Positions 25,401 through 38,065 of a stretch of DNA of 64,000 nucleotides are shown one piece after another. Each line of letters opens with the position of its first letter. The first letter of the stretch is position 1. A program made the translations under genes and the position numbers. The notes below the pieces were generated by a model. It did no database searches, was not told the DNA's origin, and saw nothing but the letters and a program-made list of their open reading frames with translations. Source of the DNA: Podarcis tiliguerta (taxonomy: Eukaryota). The stretch lies in assembly GCA_965153285.1 (NCBI GenBank), contig OZ229112.1; one strand, written 5' to 3'.

Positions 25401-25470
25401 AGTGGCATATAAAATAAAAATAAGCCATGGTATCTAGTGGCATATAAAATAAAAATAAGCCATGGTATCT
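25401..25470. repeat. Perfect 35-bp tandem duplication
   Basis: agtggcatataaaataaaaataagccatggtatct x2. Confidence 0.95.
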
Positions 25471-25679
25471 AGACCACAGCCTGACCTCATTATCGGAAAA
25501 AGCATGATTCTGGCACAGACCTAGTTTCCAGAAAAGTGATAGCACTGGATTATCCTTCAGGATAGCATCCCTAATTTTAAAATGGCAAAGCATGATCTAG
25601 CCAAAGTAAAGATCTTTTGAGTTCTGTACTGTTTTCAAGGACAAAGGGTGAGGGAGAGAAGCATGTACAACCTATTTTG

Positions 25680-26180
25680 GGAGAGGGCTATTGGGTTGTT
25701 GTTTTTATTTTGATTATGTATTTTGTGGTTTTATATTTTGATTTTATTCTGTGAACCGCCCTGAGACCTCTAGGTATAAAGGTGAATATGGGACCCCTGA
25801 CTATTAGGTCCAGTCATGCCCAACTCTGGGGTTGCGGTGCTCATCTTGCTTTATTGGCCAAGGGAGCCAGCGTACAGCTTCCGGGTCATGTGGCCAACAT
25901 GATTAAGCCGCTTCTGGCGAACCAGAGCAGCACAGGGAAACGCCATTTACCTTCCCGCCAGAGCGGTACCTATTTATCTACTTGCACTTTGACGTGCTTT
26001 CGAACTGCTAGGTTGGCAGGAGCAGGGCCGTAGCAACGGGAGCTCACCCCGTTGCAGGGATTCAAACTGCTATCCTTCTGATCGACAAGTCCTAGGCTCT
26101 GTGGTTTAACCCACAGCGCCACCTGCATCCCCCTATAGGTACAGGGCAGTATATAAACTCAGTTAAGAACAAAAACAACA
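25680..26180 (+). mobile_element. Older L2 3' tail interrupted by a Sauria SINE
   Basis: ...gtgaaccgccctgagacctctaggtata [SINE] taggtacagggcagtatataaa... Confidence 0.65.
25779..26133 (-). mobile_element. Full-length Sauria SINE (Squam1), lacertid-type
   Basis: The minus-strand head gggatgcaggtggcgctgtgggttaaacc has tRNA-like A/B boxes. The body contains agcggtacctatttatctacttgcac...tgctttcgaactgctaggttggcaggagc. The ACCTTT-type tail is degenerate. Flanking TAGGTATA/TAGGTACA is a candidate TSD. Confidence 0.92.
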
Positions 26181-26284
26181 ATGACTGAAATCAATGGGAC
26201 ATGAATGTATTCAGCTGCCTGGGCCGTGTCCACAATTAGTACATTCACTGCCCTTCCCACTATCTGCTATGTTAAACCTGGTGC

Positions 26285-26417
26285 AAACCAACCTTTGTCA
26301 ACCTGGTGCCTTCCACATTTTTTTTACTACAACTCCCATCAGCCTCAGCCAGCACTGACTGGGGCTGATGGGTTATAATCCAAAGTATCTGGAAGGCACC
26401 AGGTTGGTGAAGGCTGG
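26285..26417. mobile_element. Palindromic MITE (hAT-like)
   Basis: caacctggtgccttcca ... tggaaggcaccaggttg form 17-bp inverted arms; inner arms are cccatcagcc...ggctgatggg. Confidence 0.75.
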
Positions 26418-29400
26418 TGAGACAAAAGCCTTATAGCTTGCAGAAGCCAGCATTGTTGCACAGGCCATACTGAGGTTTCTTTACAAGGGCTCACACTTTT
26501 AAGTCAGGATAAATGTAATTGTTTCCAATGAACGGTTTGTGACCAGCCTAATATATGTGTTTGTCTTGCCTCCTTGGTTAAGCTATCTTGTTGCTATTTA
26601 ATCACACCTTCTTATTTGGACAAAAAGTGGCCACGGTGCCCATTCACTCTTAGAGGGCAGAGGTTAACAGGAGGGAGGAGGAAACCAGAGAATAAATAGC
26701 TGCACAGATGCTAGGAGGTAGTGAGGGAGGAAAGATCTGTCACAAAAAGACAATTATAAAAAGGCACTAGGCTGCTCTGAAATGGCGATGGCATTAGGAT
26801 ATGTGTGGTCCAGTTAACAGAGTCCAAGGTCAAACAACCAGGAGCAGCTGAAATCTAATTGTGAGCTTGACTCTTACTTTCCTTTCAGCCCAGTCCTAGT
26901 AATGTTTATGCAGATGGAAGTCCTGTGGAGCTCAATGGAGATTAGAGCTCTCCCTATCTCTGCTCACTTTCTGTCTTCTGCAATGAAGCAGTAATATTGC
27001 ACAGAAGGAGGAATTAGATGCCAAACGAGTCTGAAGCCCATACAAAATGAAAAAGGATGAACAAGGGTTAAACGTTATTTACTGCATCTGAATCCTGGAC
27101 CTGCCATGAATTGTCCTTTCATTCTTCCAGCACAGTGAGTGGATAATACCAGGGTTCAGCAGCAAATAATGGAAGGTTTAGACCCAATAAAGCACTACGA
27201 AAAGTCAACACATAGTTATGGTAGGTGGAAGTTGGTGACTAACAGGAGGATGTGTTTGTATTTGCCTGTATGTATGATTAAACACTATGTGTTTGTTTAG
27301 GCTATGTAACGATCAGGTAGCTGCAAGCAGTTTCCTGTGCTTATGAAATTTAGAACCTGAAATTTAAGCAGGACTAAAACTGAAAGGTAAATTGCTCTTG
27401 TCTTTCAAAACCTGTAGCGTACCCTTTGATGCTCAGGTTCTAAAACCGTTACTTAAGTATATAGAAGTACTGTAATGCACTTAAGGAAAACCAAAAGAAA
27501 ACAAAATCTCCAGGAGGCAGGGAGAAGAGAGGAATCTGTCTCTTCTGTGTGTGAGAACTTCAAAAGCAATCGTGAAACCTCACAAGACTGCTGGCGATTT
27601 TCTTAAAAGTCTTTGTGGCCTCTCTAAAAGGGGTTTTCTGTTGATTCATGTTGATCACGCCTGACAGCTAGCATTTCCGTTAATAATAATCATAAATAAA
27701 CCAGACAAGGTCACCTGACCTGAAATGAGCATATCTACAGCACCATATCCATTATAGCAGTGTGTATCCATGACAGCAAATCAGGAAAGGTCCAGTGCTC
27801 TTGACACCATAGTTTAAGATAATAGGAAATGCCTTGGGTTCTTTGAGATAGATATGTATATTTAAATCGCAATGGCAATCTTTTATACATGGGCAAGGAT
27901 TAAGGGAAGGAGATCTACCTTTAAGAGGGAGAAAAACTGAAGCAAGACTATTCTTGTCCATAAATTAATGCCAGCAGATTTCCCCATTCCACTCCAGTTT
28001 GAGCCTGGCCCACTGCTGCAGTCATAATCTTATGTTTATGTCCTCATAAATCTATTGACATGTAAAAGATTGTGCTTCCATCCAATACAGAATTATGACT
28101 TTATTGCTGGGGGGTGGGAATTCAATGAGAAAACATGCTATAAAAAGTGGAAGGCTTTATTTATTGACAATTGTTTAATGAGGAAAAAAAGATATTTGCA
28201 TTGACTTTTTTCTTTTTTTTAAGGAATGACAAGGTGTTTATATATGACCTGTTACTTCCAGGCTTAATTAGAAATGGGTACAATTCATTAAAAATGGTGG
28301 TCTGATAAAAATAGATGCATCCAAGCTCAAAATTAATCTTTAGCCCCTCCCTCTTCCATTACACATTCCCTGCTTTGCACGGTTTAGTAAACATGAGCTG
28401 CACACTTTGTGCTGAAGGTCAATGGATTCAAGATCTATCAGGGTAACAGGGCAAGTCATTCCCACCGAGTGTGTCTGAGTGCTAGAAGGGAGCTCAAGGG
28501 TCAAGCTGTTCCAACACCTGCACTGTGCCAGGATTTTCTAGATCTAAACCATCCCTGACAAATGCTTATTCAGCCTCTTCTGAAAAAGAGGTGGCTCCTG
28601 TACCATAACAGGAAAAATGTAACTAAAGTGTGCCAAGGATCAAATATATAACCAGAGTGTGCCAGCCTTGTAATAGAGCAAGTCCCTTCCCTTTCTTGAG
28701 GAAGGATTTGAGAACATTCTCAGAACAAACATGACTCTACCATCTTGGCCATAGTAAACAAATCCTTTTTGGATAAGCCACATACCTTTTAGACCAGCCA
28801 TGGCCAACAGAGTTCATTTGCAATTCTAGAAAAGTAGGGCCTCCCATGAAGTGAGCTAGAAATGGAAAGTATATATTCCCCTCACCTATGAAGCCATTCC
28901 ACAAGGTCAGGCAAAAATCAGCTCTATCCGATGTAGGTTAAAATTCTCCTTGCTACTCAGCCTGCTATACTTTGGTCATTAGTATGGGTGCTAGCTTTGT
29001 ATTCTAGGATTGTCAGCACACTGGGAGCAAGGGGTGAAGGGTGGGATGGCTTCTGTCTTGTGTGATCCACTTTTGCTTCACTGATTAATGAATGGGTCTC
29101 AGCTGGCACATTTGAGGGATATTATTTTACACTCAAAGTGGCAGAAGAATGTCTATGGCAAATGATGTTTGATTCATAATGCGCCTGAGCATTAGAAATA
29201 CGTATTCTGACATATTCTGTAATTACAAACTAAGGAATAATTGCTGGATCAGCCTGAGGCCCATCTAGTCCAACATTCCTTATAAAAATCTAGGTGGTCT
29301 ACAAGAAATTGACCAATAGTCCACGGCTGGAATGTGATCTCTCTTTTGCCTTGTTGGATCAGTGGTCCAGAAGAAAAGGAATGGATGGCCTTCCCACCTA

Positions 29401-29669
29401 TGCAGCCCTTCTAGTGGAATATCTACTTCATTTCTTGTCAATCCATCCACGGGGAATGCTGAAAGGTGGGGTTGGATCACTAGCAAAACCCACAAATAGC
29501 TGAGAAGAGTGTGTAGCCAACTGGGATCAGAGGGAAGGGAAAGAGCAAAGTTGAGTTTCAGGCTGTCCATTGAACAGGGACATGTAGCATATCTTCCCAT
29601 GGCTGGGCTCCCAGCAACATCTAGAATGTCACATAACCCCCACCCCAGATCTTTGTAGCCAATACTATT

Positions 29670-29890
29670 GGAAGAGTCAGCATGGTATAATGGAGAGAGA
29701 GAGTTGGACATTTTCCATTATACTACAGAGGGGATTCTATGACTTGGGACTAGAGTCATAGGTTGAATTCCTGCCATGGAAGTTTTGGGTGAACATAAGG
29801 TTGTTATGAAGATAAAATGACTCATCTCCCACATACTGTCCTAAGCTGTTTATCCCCTGAAGAAGAAGATAAATATGTGATAAATAAAAC
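29670..29890 (+). mobile_element. Degraded MIR/Ther1-like SINE
   Basis: Head gagtcagcatggtataatgg, CORE remnant ggttgttatgaagataaaatg and an AT tail. Confidence 0.4.
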
Positions 29891-30255
29891 AAATAAGACA
29901 GTAGGTAAGAAAATGTCCTCTACAGAACCTGCTTTTCTCATTAAAACACATTCATTGGTAAGAACAAACAGGAAGAATGCCATTCTAAAAAGGACGTTGG
30001 GCTGGGTTGTTGAATATAAGGCAGAAATGACAAAAATAAAACAAAGCCCTAAGATAGGCTAGTGATTGAAATTGGAAATAGTTATGTCTTTTTGAGAATT
30101 ATTCTTGATGGTAGTCTTGAAAAAATAATATTCTCATGCTCTAGTTTGAAATGCTTTGAGTCTTTGCTTTGGGCACAGAACAGTAATTTCCATCTGTACA
30201 GGTGAAGCAAAGTCTAGTCAAATGAAGAATGGACCCTGAAAAATGCCCTTCCAGA

Positions 30256-30286
30256 GGAGAAGAAGAAGGAGAAGAAGAAGAAGAAG

Positions 30287-30315
<29 letters not shown>
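30256..30315. repeat. (GAA)n microsatellite
   Basis: Read directly from the sequence; about 20 units with GGA interruptions. Confidence 0.95.
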
Positions 30316-30317
<2 letters not shown>

Positions 30318-30324
30318 CTGAAGA

Positions 30325-30465
30325 CAGCCAAGTCAAATTGGTGCCCACCAGTTGTTTTGGTTTACAGTTCCCATCATCCCTGACCATTGGCTATGCTGAT
30401 TGGGGCTGATGGAAGCTGGAGACCAAGGCATCTAGAGGGCAGCACCAGGTTGGAGAAGGTTGGTT
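30325..30465. mobile_element. Palindromic MITE (same family as 26285)
   Basis: tggtgccc...ttcccatcatccc...ggggctgatggaa...catctagagggcagcaccaggttggagaagg. Confidence 0.65.
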
Positions 30466-30762
30466 TAACAGAAGAACTGGCATAGTCACATATTTACTCA
30501 CCTAACAAAAAGCACGGAAATTTTCTGTTAATTTCCCCCAGCTGAACTTCCATGCCATGCAAGCAGTAAAGATGATCTACAGTGTCATATATTATTCTAG
30601 TTCACAATTTGGGCACATGTCTTGGTCTCCCAGGACAGTTCATCTTCTTCTGCCCAATTCCTCCTAAGTTAATCACCTTAAAATGCCTTAATTTCCAATG
30701 GAAAAGTTTTTAGCATTCCCCCCGATAAGGTAAGTAACTCTGAAACCTACTTAGCAGGTCTT

Positions 30763-30816
30763 GGTGCTATTTCTCAATGTAGAAGTCTAGGTGCTATTTC
30801 TCAATGTAGAAGTCTA
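30763..30816. repeat. Perfect 27-bp tandem duplication next to the exon-12 splice donor
   Basis: ggtgctatttctcaatgtagaagtcta x2. Confidence 0.95.
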
Positions 30817-30825
30817 AGGACATAC

Positions 30826-33800
30826 CTGTATTCGAACGCTTCTTTGGATTTTTGAGACTTCGGCATCTCCCACTGAGGGAGCTGCTGTTCTCGCTCATAG
30901 AGTCTTGTGCTGAGGAAGCACTTCCCGTTGCTTCACTGTCTCTCATCATGCTTTCATACCCGCTGCTTCCTCCACTGTGGTAGAACAAGGCTGTTTTCCC
31001 CATGGCAGGTGGCAGTTCCCCACTCAGGACACTGCTGTTGTCACTTCCATGGCCACTGCTACAGCGGTGAGGCTTCCGAGGTGGAGTGATCTTGCTGTAA
31101 GGTGAAGGCAGCAGGTGAACAGTTGGCTTCTCTTCTCCGTGGACGGCGCTGCGATCATCTGTGTCTGAGTTCCTACGCAACTGCAGCCCTCTGGGGCCTG
31201 TGCTTCCTTGCAGAAGTTCTGAGATCCTCCCATTGACAGCTCTGAGGGGCAGTTTTGAGGAGAGCCCAGAGCCCCTGTTCCTGCTGAGAGACTGAGTAGA
31301 CCAGGACATATTCTTTCCATTCGGAGGCAAGCCTGAACTCTGCCCCACAGACTGAGGGAGGGACTTGGTAGAGAAGCTAAGTGTTTTGGTGGTTGAGGCA
31401 GCCAGGCTTCGAGCTTTAGGACTTGCCAAGAGGAGCTTGCTCACTGCAGAGATCTTTGATTGACTGGCCTTTGGCGAGGCCCCTGCAGACTGAGAAAGGC
31501 CTGAGTTTGTGGGTGAGGACATTGCACTGCGGTTGAAACTTCTTCCAGCTCTGGGCATTGTGGTGTCTTTCCCAGGACCCATCTTGGAGCTGACAGAGGA
31601 CAGACTCTCTGCCCTTTCCAAAGACAGGCACTCATAATGGCTCCCACTGGACCTTCCCAAGGAATTGGTTCTGCTGGCCAGCTGTTCAAGTTTGGCACTA
31701 AACAATTTACTGCTGCTATTGTTACCGCTCTCCATACTGGAACCCTTTTGTTTCCCATTCAGCTCATCGGGAAAACTAGCCAGGAAAGGTGCTGGTTGGT
31801 TCAAAGGGCTGCTGGTGCTGCTACTGCAAGTGCTGTGCTGAGGGCTGGCCCTATTTTTCTGATCCAGGCTAGATTTCCTCACGGGAGGCAACGGCGGAGT
31901 TCCTTTTGGACGTGTGAGAACGCAGTGTTTGGGGGACGCAATCCTTCTTTCCAAGCTAGCTCTGGAAGTCTGGGACCCAACAGAACAGCTAATGGCACTG
32001 TTCTCCTCAATGTAATGATAGGAAACAGCATCCAATTCCTCCAGCTTGCTGGCCTTCTGAACGCCTCTCGTGAGGCTGCCATTTTTAAAGCTCTCCGTAG
32101 TGTGTGCTGGGCTGTGGGCTGTGGAACTGGGAAGTCCCATTTCACATCCATCTACAACCCTCTTCAGGTTTTCCGTTCCTGGGGAGCTGGAAGTCTCTCC
32201 GCTACTGCTGCTAAACCTGTCTGCTGACTTCTGCTTCTTATTTTGTTGAGTGATGGCTTCAGCCTTGGGGCCACAGCTTTCTTTTTTCACACTGTCTTCC
32301 CTCTTTAGCCAAGGATCTTCAAATTTTATCTCTTTTCTTACACTGGATTCCTTCACCTCTTGAGGCTGGGGAACTTTTGCTGGCGACGACACTGCAGATA
32401 TGGTCTCAGGCGGCTCTTGTGCCTTAAAGGGATTAACAGCAATACATGGATACACAGTAATGTTGGTCTTCATTGGAATGAAACCTTCACAACTGCTTAG
32501 GCTTGTGGTGTTTGATATTGTGACCATGGTCTTTCCCAGGGCTGATATTTTACAACCTTTGATAGGTGACATTTTATTAATACTTTCATCGGCAACCTCT
32601 GGCAGTACAAATATTTCCTCGGTGACTGGCTTTTGCTTGTCATTTATACAAACCACACTGCTGTTCTGTACGCCTCTTGCCAGTTCAGGAATGGGCGCAT
32701 CTGCCAGTGCTTCCCCATGCCCATAGCATGCTTGGGCTATGAAGCTGTGGCATGACTGTTCGCCATCACTTCCGGTGCTCATTTCACTCAACCACGAGCT
32801 GATAGAGGAACGTCTGCTTTCAGCCTCTTCAGCTTTGTGATCCAGTCCCATTTTTGGAAGAGGCATAAACTGGGTGATACTGACCTCAGATACAGGAGCT
32901 GTACTGGCATAGCATTCAAGATCTTCACTGATGCTGCTGATAATGCTAACTGGCCTAGACCCGGAGGCCAGAGCTTGCACAGAACAATCACTGTTAAAGC
33001 TGATGATACTTGTTGGACGTCCGTTCTCCAGAACCCCACTAATGGTCAGTTCTTCAACCAGGGTGAATACCAGCTCATCTTCTCCGTTCAGCTCTAAGGG
33101 CTGCTGCACCGTGACCATGGTGGTGCTCAAAATCTCCTTCTTCGACTCAGGAGAAAGAGGTGGCTCTTGCTGCTGCTCCTGCTGCTCTTCGTTGTCAATG
33201 GGCTCCCCATAATCAGCACTGCTGGAAGACACGGACTTTTTCATGAGCTGTGGGCTCATGCCAATGGGAGGAGTGCGGATCTCTGGCTGCATCAGAGACT
33301 CACTGGACACCATCCCAGAGTCCTTGCTTAAGGACGACGGTGGTGGTGCAGGGTTGGGCAGCACCCCTTTCTGGGTGTAAACCTTGCACCTCTGAGAAGG
33401 AGAAGTGGGCGGCTTGTACTCTGATGTCTTGGAAAGGCTTGCAATGCCAAGCCGCGGGGAACCCATGGGCCGAGGCTTGCTTTCTACAAAGCCACAAGTG
33501 TTCAGGCTTTCTCGGCTGCTCTGCAGATCCGTGCTGTGGGATTGCTGGGAACAGTTTGTGTGACTACTTGGACTGCCTGTAACACTCCTAGGTGATGGAG
33601 GGGTGGGTGCCTCATTAAGCACCCCGGTGTGAACAGGGGAATGGCTTCCCTGAATTTTGTTGGCTGTTGCATTCAGGTTTTCCTTGAAATCTTTATCAGG
33701 TTCTTGGCAGCCTGCCAGGCCTTCTTCTGATGTACTAGTGAGCTCTGCTGCTTGGCCTGACACAGGGCACTTAGTCACTTGGTCGGAGCTGAACTGAACA

Positions 33801-34231
33801 GGCAGTTCTTCAAAAGGAAACGTGTCAGTCTCCTCACTGCCGTCAATGCAGTCCAACCTCTCCTGGAGTTCCGCAAATGTATTGCACTTCAAGCAGTCTC
33901 TCTCAGAAGTGCTGGGGGCTGTCTCACTCATGTCCTCCAGCTTGCCTTCAGTTTTGGTCTTCTGAAGGGCAGGAACTATGGGGACAAAATCTGGGGGACC
34001 TTCGTTGTCAGTCAGTTCCTTGTCCGAAAGGGCTGTGCCGTTGGGGCCAACATAAATGACGGTGTCGCATGACTGTTCGCTGCTAGAAGAATAATCTGGG
34101 TCACTTGACAAGTGAAGAATGGGGAAGTCTGGATCAACAACGTTCCGAGAATGGAAGGGCCTCAGCTGGGTTGGCCTCCGCATCCTCCCTTCTTCACAAG
34201 AACTTTCTCCTCCAGAAGAGCTTGACGTGTA
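30826..34231 (-). CDS. KIF26B: KIF26B giant coding exon (exon 12 equivalent), Ser/Pro-rich stalk
   Basis: Contains the 1129-aa ORF and begins [26 protein letters not shown]. Motifs [55 protein letters not shown] and [36 protein letters not shown] match KIF26B from recall. Acceptor ccaacag| (34233-34232), donor AATACAG|gtatgt (30825-30824). 3406 nt, ends in phase 1. Confidence 0.97.
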
Positions 34232-37018
34232 CTGTTGGGTAGGAAGACAGGTGAAAGGTTAGCATTTCGAAGAACCCCCTTCCATGGAACTGAAATCCAC
34301 ACCCCATGCTCTCATATAAGCCTTCATGCATGCAGAGGCTACTGCAAAGCCACCGGGCATGGAGATTGCCTCATTCAACATGCAGTAGAGTGCTTCATGA
34401 AGCTGGTGGCTTCTGGCATCAGGGATAAAGCCACCAAGTCCACGTGGCAGGTTGCTGTACCGAAATGGTTTAGCATTTCAAACAGCTCCATGTGCTTGGA
34501 TTTAAGCAGCTGTCATATTGCTCTATTTGTTCATACAGGAGCAGTTGGTGGGGAGGGGACTTGCTTACTGGGAGGGAGAAGGCTGAGGCAGTGGGGAGCT
34601 GGGCACGGTGCAGATGCACCAACAGGAGGGGTAGATTGGCTCTGCAGGTGCATCTGCACAGCACTGACCTCCCCAGGGCCTTGCCCTTCTCCACACTGGG
34701 AAGCTGCAGTGACTCTGGACCACATGTGCAAACTGACTTCCATCCTTATTCACAGCTCCTCTGTTCATGCACACTGGGCTTTTGCAGAATCACAGAGAGT
34801 AAAAACAAGTTCTAAAGTGAAATGAAAACCAATTTATTTCAAACATGTTACATTTATATGGTTTCCCTTCATTCCTTTGTTGCGAGTTTTGTCAATATTA
34901 TTCCCTTTTTCATATAAAAAACTGAGGTTGGACAGTAGTGATCTGCCCAAGATAACATGGACCAACTCCTTATCATGGAAAGCTCCAACTCATGCACTGT
35001 CAATAGTATGGTCTTCATGCCTGTTTATAAATAACCTATGCAGTCAGACAGCAATGTCACTTACTGGGGTATGTTGTTGTGCAATCATATTGAGGAAAAA
35101 TGCCTGATGCTGCAATTCTTCTGCTGAACTCAGTGAGTTGCTCTACCAACTAAATATGTGTAAGATTGGGCTGCATGCCACTTTGATCCCAGTGTTCCTT
35201 TTGACAGTTGTTAAAACAAATTCATTAAAAAGCCTGCCATGGCATTCTTGCAATTATTTACTCTGAAATTCATTCACTGATCACAGTGGAGTTACTTTAG
35301 ATGGATGACTGAAGTCTACAGCTAAAACCAAAGGCTAATGATGTTGAGCTGAAACATATAGTTGAAAGTGGATGAGCATTTAGTAAGCAACACCCATCAC
35401 TTAATTAGGTGGCTGGGATAAGCACACTTGGAAGTGTATTTCACTAGAATCAAGGGGGCTTACTTCTGTGATTACAGCGGTGGAGATGAAAGCAGAAAAG
35501 GAGGAATGAGAAAAAACAAACCATGCCTCCCACGCCTTTCTTCCATTAACTATATAAAAGAGGGTTCACCTCTGCATTTCAGGATGCAGGGGAACACATT
35601 GATCCTCTAGTCCAGTTTCCAGCAACAAAAGCTCAAGTAATACTAAAATTTCCTAGATTTTAATAATGGCAAATAGATGCGCTCAGTAACTTTCTGAAAA
35701 AATCTCTAAGAAAGGATTCCACTACTTCTCTGCCCAAGTTATCATTTTTTTATTTATTATAGTTAATATGTGTTTCCTGATACACACTTTAACACAGTGG
35801 GACTTTCATTTTATTTCTTTATACATTTTATGAGCCTCCTTTCAAAGTGATTTCCACAAACTACTGAAGCCAATATCAAATGAAATAACAATTAAACCAC
35901 TCCCAGCAATAAAATATAAGCAGCTAGCAGCATAATACATGTTAGCACTGAAGGAAGTCCTATTGAGGTAAGTATTGGATTGCAGCCTTAAGCTGCAATA
36001 AAACCTGATTGCTTGCTTAAGAGAAGGAAGTTTCCAAAATTAAAAAGCCGTTATCTGCTGGCAGAAATTGTCCAGAGTAGGAACAAGGCAAGTCTCCTTA
36101 GAGAGGCACTTCTACCAAGTCCTGATCCCACATGTCTAACTTCAAAAAGAAGTAAAAAGTCTCAGTGACTGTGAATGAACATACTCTCCATACTAAAGTC
36201 CTAGGCAACTAACTTTCACAGTTTTACTTTGTTGTTGCAAATTTTAATTAATGTTCAGTTTTATTTAGATAGTGGCTAGAGAAGAAGAGATATAAAATAA
36301 CGTGTGTTGGATCAACATTTTCTTGCTGTAAATACATGTTAGCTTCTGATTTTTATCAGAACTGAGCATTGGTATATGCAATCTTCTCTAAAAGAACTAT
36401 ATAGATTTCAGATCAGAACACCAAGCTTCTCAATTTTCACTCTCAAGATAAAATATCATGTTGACTTCAAATGCACTGGCAGAATTAGTACCATCCAGAC
36501 CACATCAGTTAGTCTTTTTTTTAAAAAAAAAAGTTTGTGCTCATTGTAAGGTTAATGAGGGAAATGCTATCAAAATTAACATTGGTGTCACACACTACAG
36601 CATGCTCTGTTGCAGAGATTTCTTTCTGGGAAGAGATTGTTGTGCAGTGATATTTTGCAGAATCTGTTAATTGATCTCAGCTCACATTTAACAATCCTTA
36701 GGCTGCTAATGTGAATGATGTTAATAAATTATTCCAGCTTGACTTTTAACCAGGATTCCATGCTACATAGACTTCAAGAAAGCAACATGAGAGTTTGAAC
36801 TCTGCCATTTCTGTGCCTATTATAACCAATCATTCCTCTAACAATGAACATATGATTTCCCTTATGCACTCGGATGTACTGCCATACCATCAGAAATTAA
36901 GAATATTGATTTTTGTTAGAAGCTGCACTTTCAAGGCCTCTCCCATTTCTTTCGGATCCCTAGCTTGCCATGCTCTTTCCAGAGCACGGCAACAAAAGAG
37001 TTCCCCCCTTGTCCTTAC

Positions 37019-37181
37019 CTTTGTTTTCTTTTTCTTCATTCTTAAAACCCTGGATGCAATCTGGATGGTGGAAAGTGTTTCAGCATAGTTCCCTGCAGCT
37101 GCCGAAATGTGAGCTATCATGGTAGTACGGCAGTTCATGTTCCCAAGGGACTCCCGGAGCAACATGGTCAGCTTGCTGTCT
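37019..37181 (-). CDS. KIF26B: KIF26B coding exon (human exon 11 equivalent): C-terminal end of kinesin motor domain and basic neck
   Basis: Translates (x)[54 protein letters not shown], the kinesin alpha5-beta8-alpha6 segment of KIF26. Acceptor ttttgcag| at 37183-37182, donor |gtaagg at 37018-37017. Length 163 nt = 1 + 54 codons. Confidence 0.96.
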
Positions 37182-38033
37182 CTGCAAAATAAAAAGAATT
37201 AAGGCTACATTAGTGAGCCATGTTTCACTTCGACTGTCGGGATGTGACTCCAGGTCTCAGCAAGATTTCTTCCTTTTTAATGGAATACTAATTAGCATTG
37301 TTCTTCGGGATTCTAGTGCACTACATCTGCCTCTGAACAAGCTGGAAAATCCCTGCACTGAAATGGAGAGGCTCTTATCTTTCAAGGGTTTTCTGCCTGT
37401 CTCGTTTTCCTAGCACATTTTCAGCAGTATTTTAGCACTGGAAGCCGCCTCATCAACAGGAACCTATTCTGGGCTAACTAGTTTTAAAAGAAAACCCAGC
37501 TTTATTTAAAGGCACAGAAGGATCAGGCCTTAAAACACACCACGAGTTTCACCTCTGCTCATTCTTTTTGATGTCTGAAGGTGGAATTGGTTTGTCCCAT
37601 TTTCTCCCTGTCACACACTGAGTCACTGAACGGACTCATTTTTAGAAGACCTTGCAACCTCCGCCTCTCTATCACTTCCTATGATTGTAATGAGACCTGC
37701 AAATGGTATTGCATGACAATTGCTTTGGCACTGAAGAAACTCTGCTAACATTATCCATTAATGCAACCTCAATTATTACTGCAGCCGATGGCGTGCCATC
37801 AAAAATTCAACAACAAAAACTTATTTAGAATGAATTTTTTTTAAAAAAACAAACAAACCAAACCCTGCCTCTTGTCAGCAGTGCACAAGACAATTCAGGA
37901 GTAAAACAGTCACTGTGTTATGTGATGATAGTGGGAACCATACATTCTATTAATGCAGTTAACAAGGGTACAATTCACCAGGCACTTGTCCTTTGAGAGC
38001 CCTATGGGAATGGATGGGAATTATGCTCCCTCC

Positions 38034-38036
<3 letters not shown>

Positions 38037-38065
<29 letters not shown>

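Noticed and set aside
25401-25470. 27-35 bp direct repeats (also 30763-30816) as CRISPR-like arrays
   Set aside because: Each has only two adjacent copies with no spacers, in eukaryotic DNA.
26040-26133. tRNA-like A/B boxes here and at 47440-47505 as tRNA genes
   Set aside because: They are SINE heads continuous with SINE bodies, with no complete cloverleaf.
26285-26417. Long hairpin as a pre-miRNA
   Set aside because: It belongs to a multi-copy palindromic MITE family with four copies in this window.
30907-34072. Multiple overlapping or antisense ORFs (e.g. 31637-32227, 196 aa) within exon 12
   Set aside because: These are expected shadows of a long GC-balanced coding exon and have no recognisable protein features.
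30794-34183. 1129-aa ORF as a standalone single-exon gene
   Set aside because: It is an internal KIF26B exon. The frame extends upstream to the acceptor at 34231 and is spliced at 30826; the terminal MSLDFYIEK is intronic read-through.
34235-34825. 196-aa plus-strand ORF next to exon 12
   Set aside because: It has a non-ATG start, no homology I recognise and no splice support, and lies in a GC-richer intronic flank.
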